NCBI GenBank assembly: GCA_945957095.1
Contig: CAMFKD010000001.1
Coordinates: forward strand, 1-55,023
Source of the DNA: an uncultured Chlamydiae bacterium
GTDB taxonomy: Bacteria; Chlamydiota; Chlamydiia; Chlamydiales; JAJFMA01
Length of the DNA stretch: 55,023 nucleotides
Direction: 5' to 3'
Part shown: in pieces, positions 52,352-55,023 of the stretch
How positions within the stretch are numbered: the stretch's first letter is position 1
Layout: each line of letters opens with the position of its first letter
Made by a program: the position numbers and the translations under genes
Notes under the pieces: model-generated
Database searches by the model: none
What the model saw: the letters and a program-made list of their open reading frames with translations, nothing else
What the model was told of the DNA's origin: nothing

Positions 52352-54556
52352 ATGGCGGCACATGTGATGGCACAGATAGAAGCTGGGTTAAACCCTCCAC
52401 AGCGCGAGGCTGTCGAGCACGACCAAGGTCCCTTGCTTGTTTTGGCGGGAGCGGGTTCTGGCAAGACGCGCGTTGTGACTTTCCGCATCATCAGGCTATT
52501 GGAGCGCGGTGTTGATCCTCATCGCATCTTGGCTGTTACCTTTACCAATAAGGCGGCTGGCGAGATGCGCAACCGCGTCGCCAATGCCACTCAGGCAGAT
52601 GTCTTGGTGAGCACATTTCATAGCTTGGGTGCTAGGATGCTGCGTGAATCGATCCATCACCTCAGTTATCGACGCGATTTCACCATCTATGATGAAGAAG
52701 ATGTTGAGAGAGTGATCAAAGGCTGTGCGGATGATATGGGGTTGGCTGTAGAGCGCAGTGACATCAAGAAGTTTCGTCTTCTGATTTCTAAGGCAAAAAA
52801 CGCGTTGCAAAGCCCAGATGAATTTGATGTAGGCGAGCGTGGTCTTTCAGCGGAAAGAGGACAAAGCATCTACAGAGCCTATACACAACGTCTGTTTCAA
52901 TTTAATGCCGTCGATTTCGATGACTTACTCTTTCTCCCTGTCAGACTGCTAAAAGAGTGTCCAGAAGTGCTCGAATACTACCAGCAGCGCTGGCACTATC
53001 TCTTAATCGATGAATACCAAGACACCAACCAAGCTCAGTATGAGTTGATTCGTCTGTTAGTCGCACAACGACGTAATCTCTGCGTTGTTGGTGACCCTGA
53101 TCAGTCTATTTACTCGTGGCGAGGAGCGGAAATACGTAATATCCTCGATTTCCAACAGGACTACCCCGATGCTAAAGTTGTGCGATTAGAGCAGAACTAC
53201 CGCAGTACTACGCACATTCTTGATGCTGCTAATGCCTTAATCTCCAATAACACATCACGCTTTGAAAAGAACCTGTGGAGTGCTCTAGGAGCTGGCGAAA
53301 AGATAGGTCTCTTTACAGGACAAGATGACGCGGAGGAAACGGCGTTTGTCGCCCGATGTATCCGCCATCACCGCGATAAAGAAGGAATTAACCTTAACGA
53401 TATGGTGGTCTTCTATCGCACAAACTTTCAGTCACGTGCCTTTGAAGATCGCTTTCTAGCAGCTCGCATTCCCTACGTTATCGTGGGCGGTGTTTCTTTC
53501 TATCAAAGACGTGAAGTCAAAGATATCATGGCGTATTTACGCATGGTTCATTCAGGCAGTGATATGGTTTCTTTTGAGCGCACCGTCAACTTGCCAAAAA
53601 GAGGCCTTGGGGCCCAGACAGTGGAGAAGATCCGCTCTGCAGCAATGGCAGAACATGTCGCCATTCTAGACTTTTGTAGAGGGTTGGTTAAAGGGGCGCA
53701 AACGCATCTTACCCTGACAGCAAAGCAGAAAGGCGCGTTGAAAGGATATGTAGACATCATCGACGAGCTAAGACAACTGGTCGATAAGGGAACCCTTAAA
53801 AGTCTTGTTCAGGCTGTCATCGACAAAACAAGCTACATGGCTTATCTCAACCTTGAAGAAGAAACTTACGCAGATCGCAGCGCCAACTTAGAAGAATTGG
53901 TCACCAAGGCTCATGAATGGGAGCACGAGCGTGTTAACGGTACTCTTGGAGAATTTTTAGAAGAGCTGTCTCTAAAGGCTAGCTTGGATGAAGTAGACCC
54001 TTTACAGCCGCGTGTTAGCTTGATGACAATTCACAGTGGCAAAGGCCTTGAGTTTCCTGTTGCCTTTCTGGTGGGGATGGAAGAAGATCTTTTTCCCCAT
54101 ATCAATAGCCGCGACAGCGACACGGCTTTAGAGGAAGAGCGGCGCCTGTGTTATGTTGGCATGACGAGGGCACAAAAATACCTCTATATCACGCATGTAC
54201 GCAGTCGCACCCTTTGGGGAACGCGCCGGGCAATGTACCCTAGCCGTTTCTTAAAGGAACTTCCGCGTGAACATTGCCGGCCGCTGCGTGAGCCCATGAG
54301 TTCGGCGTCTACATCTCACAAAGAAGTCATGGAAGATGAAGCCGATGAGCATGTCGTTTATGACGAACCTGTTCGTGCATCCACAAGTTCTGCTTTTAAG
54401 GCTGGCGATGTCGTTTTTCATCGCGAATTTGGCATTGGCACCATCGAGTCGATCTATGAAGGTGGTGCTGGCCTCACCTACAAGGTGTTCTTTTCTAAGG
54501 ACGGGCAGACACGCAGTCTGATCGCTAAATTTTCCTCTCTATCGCTATTGAAGTAG
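52352..54556 (+). CDS. uvrD: ATP-dependent DNA helicase, UvrD/PcrA/Rep family
   Basis: 734 aa. LNPPQREAV, AGAGSGKTRV (motif I), LLIDEYQDTN (II), VGDPDQSIYSWRGA (III), NYRS, TIHSGKGLEF and YVGMTRA. Confidence 0.93.
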   Translation: MAAHVMAQIEAGLNPPQREAVEHDQGPLLVLAGAGSGKTRVVTFRIIRLLERGVDPHRILAVTFTNKAAGEMRNRVANATQADVLVSTFHSLGARMLRESIHHLSYRRDFTIYDEEDVERVIKGCADDMGLAVERSDIKKFRLLISKAKNALQSPDEFDVGERGLSAERGQSIYRAYTQRLFQFNAVDFDDLLFLPVRLLKECPEVLEYYQQRWHYLLIDEYQDTNQAQYELIRLLVAQRRNLCVVGDPDQSIYSWRGAEIRNILDFQQDYPDAKVVRLEQNYRSTTHILDAANALISNNTSRFEKNLWSALGAGEKIGLFTGQDDAEETAFVARCIRHHRDKEGINLNDMVVFYRTNFQSRAFEDRFLAARIPYVIVGGVSFYQRREVKDIMAYLRMVHSGSDMVSFERTVNLPKRGLGAQTVEKIRSAAMAEHVAILDFCRGLVKGAQTHLTLTAKQKGALKGYVDIIDELRQLVDKGTLKSLVQAVIDKTSYMAYLNLEEETYADRSANLEELVTKAHEWEHERVNGTLGEFLEELSLKASLDEVDPLQPRVSLMTIHSGKGLEFPVAFLVGMEEDLFPHINSRDSDTALEEERRLCYVGMTRAQKYLYITHVRSRTLWGTRRAMYPSRFLKELPREHCRPLREPMSSASTSHKEVMEDEADEHVVYDEPVRASTSSAFKAGDVVFHREFGIGTIESIYEGGAGLTYKVFFSKDGQTRSLIAKFSSLSLLK

Positions 54557-54584
54557 GAAGCAAAACTTGCGTAGCTTCATAGCC

Positions 54585-54940
54585 GTACATGTTCACCTAT
54601 ATTCCGATTCGTGCCCGCGCCCTTACCCGGAGTCCATAAATCAGACCCGGGTACGCACACATATGCATTAAGCTAAGCGACATTTTCACCACAGAGTGCA
54701 CAGAGAACACAGAGAGGGTAATGAAACAAACACAATACCTTCGTAAAAATCGAAAAAAGATCTCTCATTTCCTTCTCTTTCCTCTGTGTTCTCTGCGCGC
54801 TCTGTGGTAATAAATTCTTAAATATTAGTAGTTAATTTTTATCGTTCATATCGTTATATCATTCCTATTGTTTTCTCAAGTCTTCTGCATACATAGCTTA
54901 ATGCATATTGGCACGCACACGGGCGCGGGCACGAAAAAAC
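54585..54940. repeat. contiguous, most complete copy of the modular palindromic repeat (A-B-C-D-loop-D'-E-C'-B')
   Basis: gtacatgttcaccta (A). ttcgtgcccgcgccc at 54608-54622 pairs with gggcgcgggcacgaa at 54921-54935 (B/B'). gcattaagcta at 54665 pairs with tagcttaatgc at about 54895 (C/C'). CACAGAG x3 (54690, 54699, 54708) faces CTCTGTG/CTCTGCG/CTCTGTG (54782, 54791, 54800). A TATCGTT-type array sits at 54840-54872. An F-module sequence continues to the window end. Confidence 0.8.
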
Positions 54941-55023
54941 GGTGTTGTTGCATAATTCAGCACTGAGCCAGTGAGATCAGCAGCAATTTCTGCTAAATAT
55001 TAACTACTAATCTTTAGGAATTT

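Overview
I read this 55-kb window as chromosomal DNA from a member of the Chlamydiae. It is most likely an environmental, amoeba-associated lineage. A hand count of one 60-nt line gives about 48% GC, and I did not compute composition properly. The assignment rests on several observations. There are two tandem nucleotide-transporter (NTT, ADP/ATP translocase family) genes. Several gene neighbourhoods are chlamydia-like: dxr-rseP, hisS-aspS, and hypothetical-tsaE-engB-DnaQ-like exonuclease. There are eukaryote-like ankyrin and BTB proteins, and peptidoglycan genes (murA, DUF1343/NamZ). Most of the window is housekeeping: dxr, rseP, a heterodimeric ABC exporter, hisS, aspS, ppdK, ispF, murA, epmB, argS, a DEAD-box helicase, ilvE-like, tsaE, engB, pdxH, pgk, putA and uvrD. 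No rRNA, tRNA, CRISPR array, transposase or integrase was recognised.

Five things stand out:
1. Three head-to-tail paralogous genes (25588-29406, minus strand) encode an unrecognised family. Each has a basic Pro/Thr-rich N-terminus, one TM helix and a Cys-conserved ectodomain with MORN-like repeats.
2. A second tandem paralog pair of Inc-like membrane proteins lies at 1-1608. One copy is absent from the ORF track because it runs off the window edge.
3. A modular family of palindromic, MITE-like intergenic repeats occurs at about 22.2, 29.5, 30.9, 43.0, 46.9 and 54.6 kb. One clean 167-bp copy has 23-bp perfect terminal inverted repeats and an 8-bp target-site duplication, and it has replaced the C-terminus of a cyclase/kynurenine-formamidase-like gene. 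Another copy appears split by about 1.3 kb that carries the ilvE-like gene.
4. Arrays of 6-7-mers phased at 9 bp (ATGGAC, CACAGAG, TATCGTT) occur inside these repeats and upstream of argS.
5. An accessory islet (about 39.1-47.2 kb) holds candidate host-interaction genes: an ankyrin protein with an unknown C-terminal domain, an orphan 553-aa protein and a BTB-box protein.

All functional calls come from motif-level reading of the supplied translations. No database search was possible.
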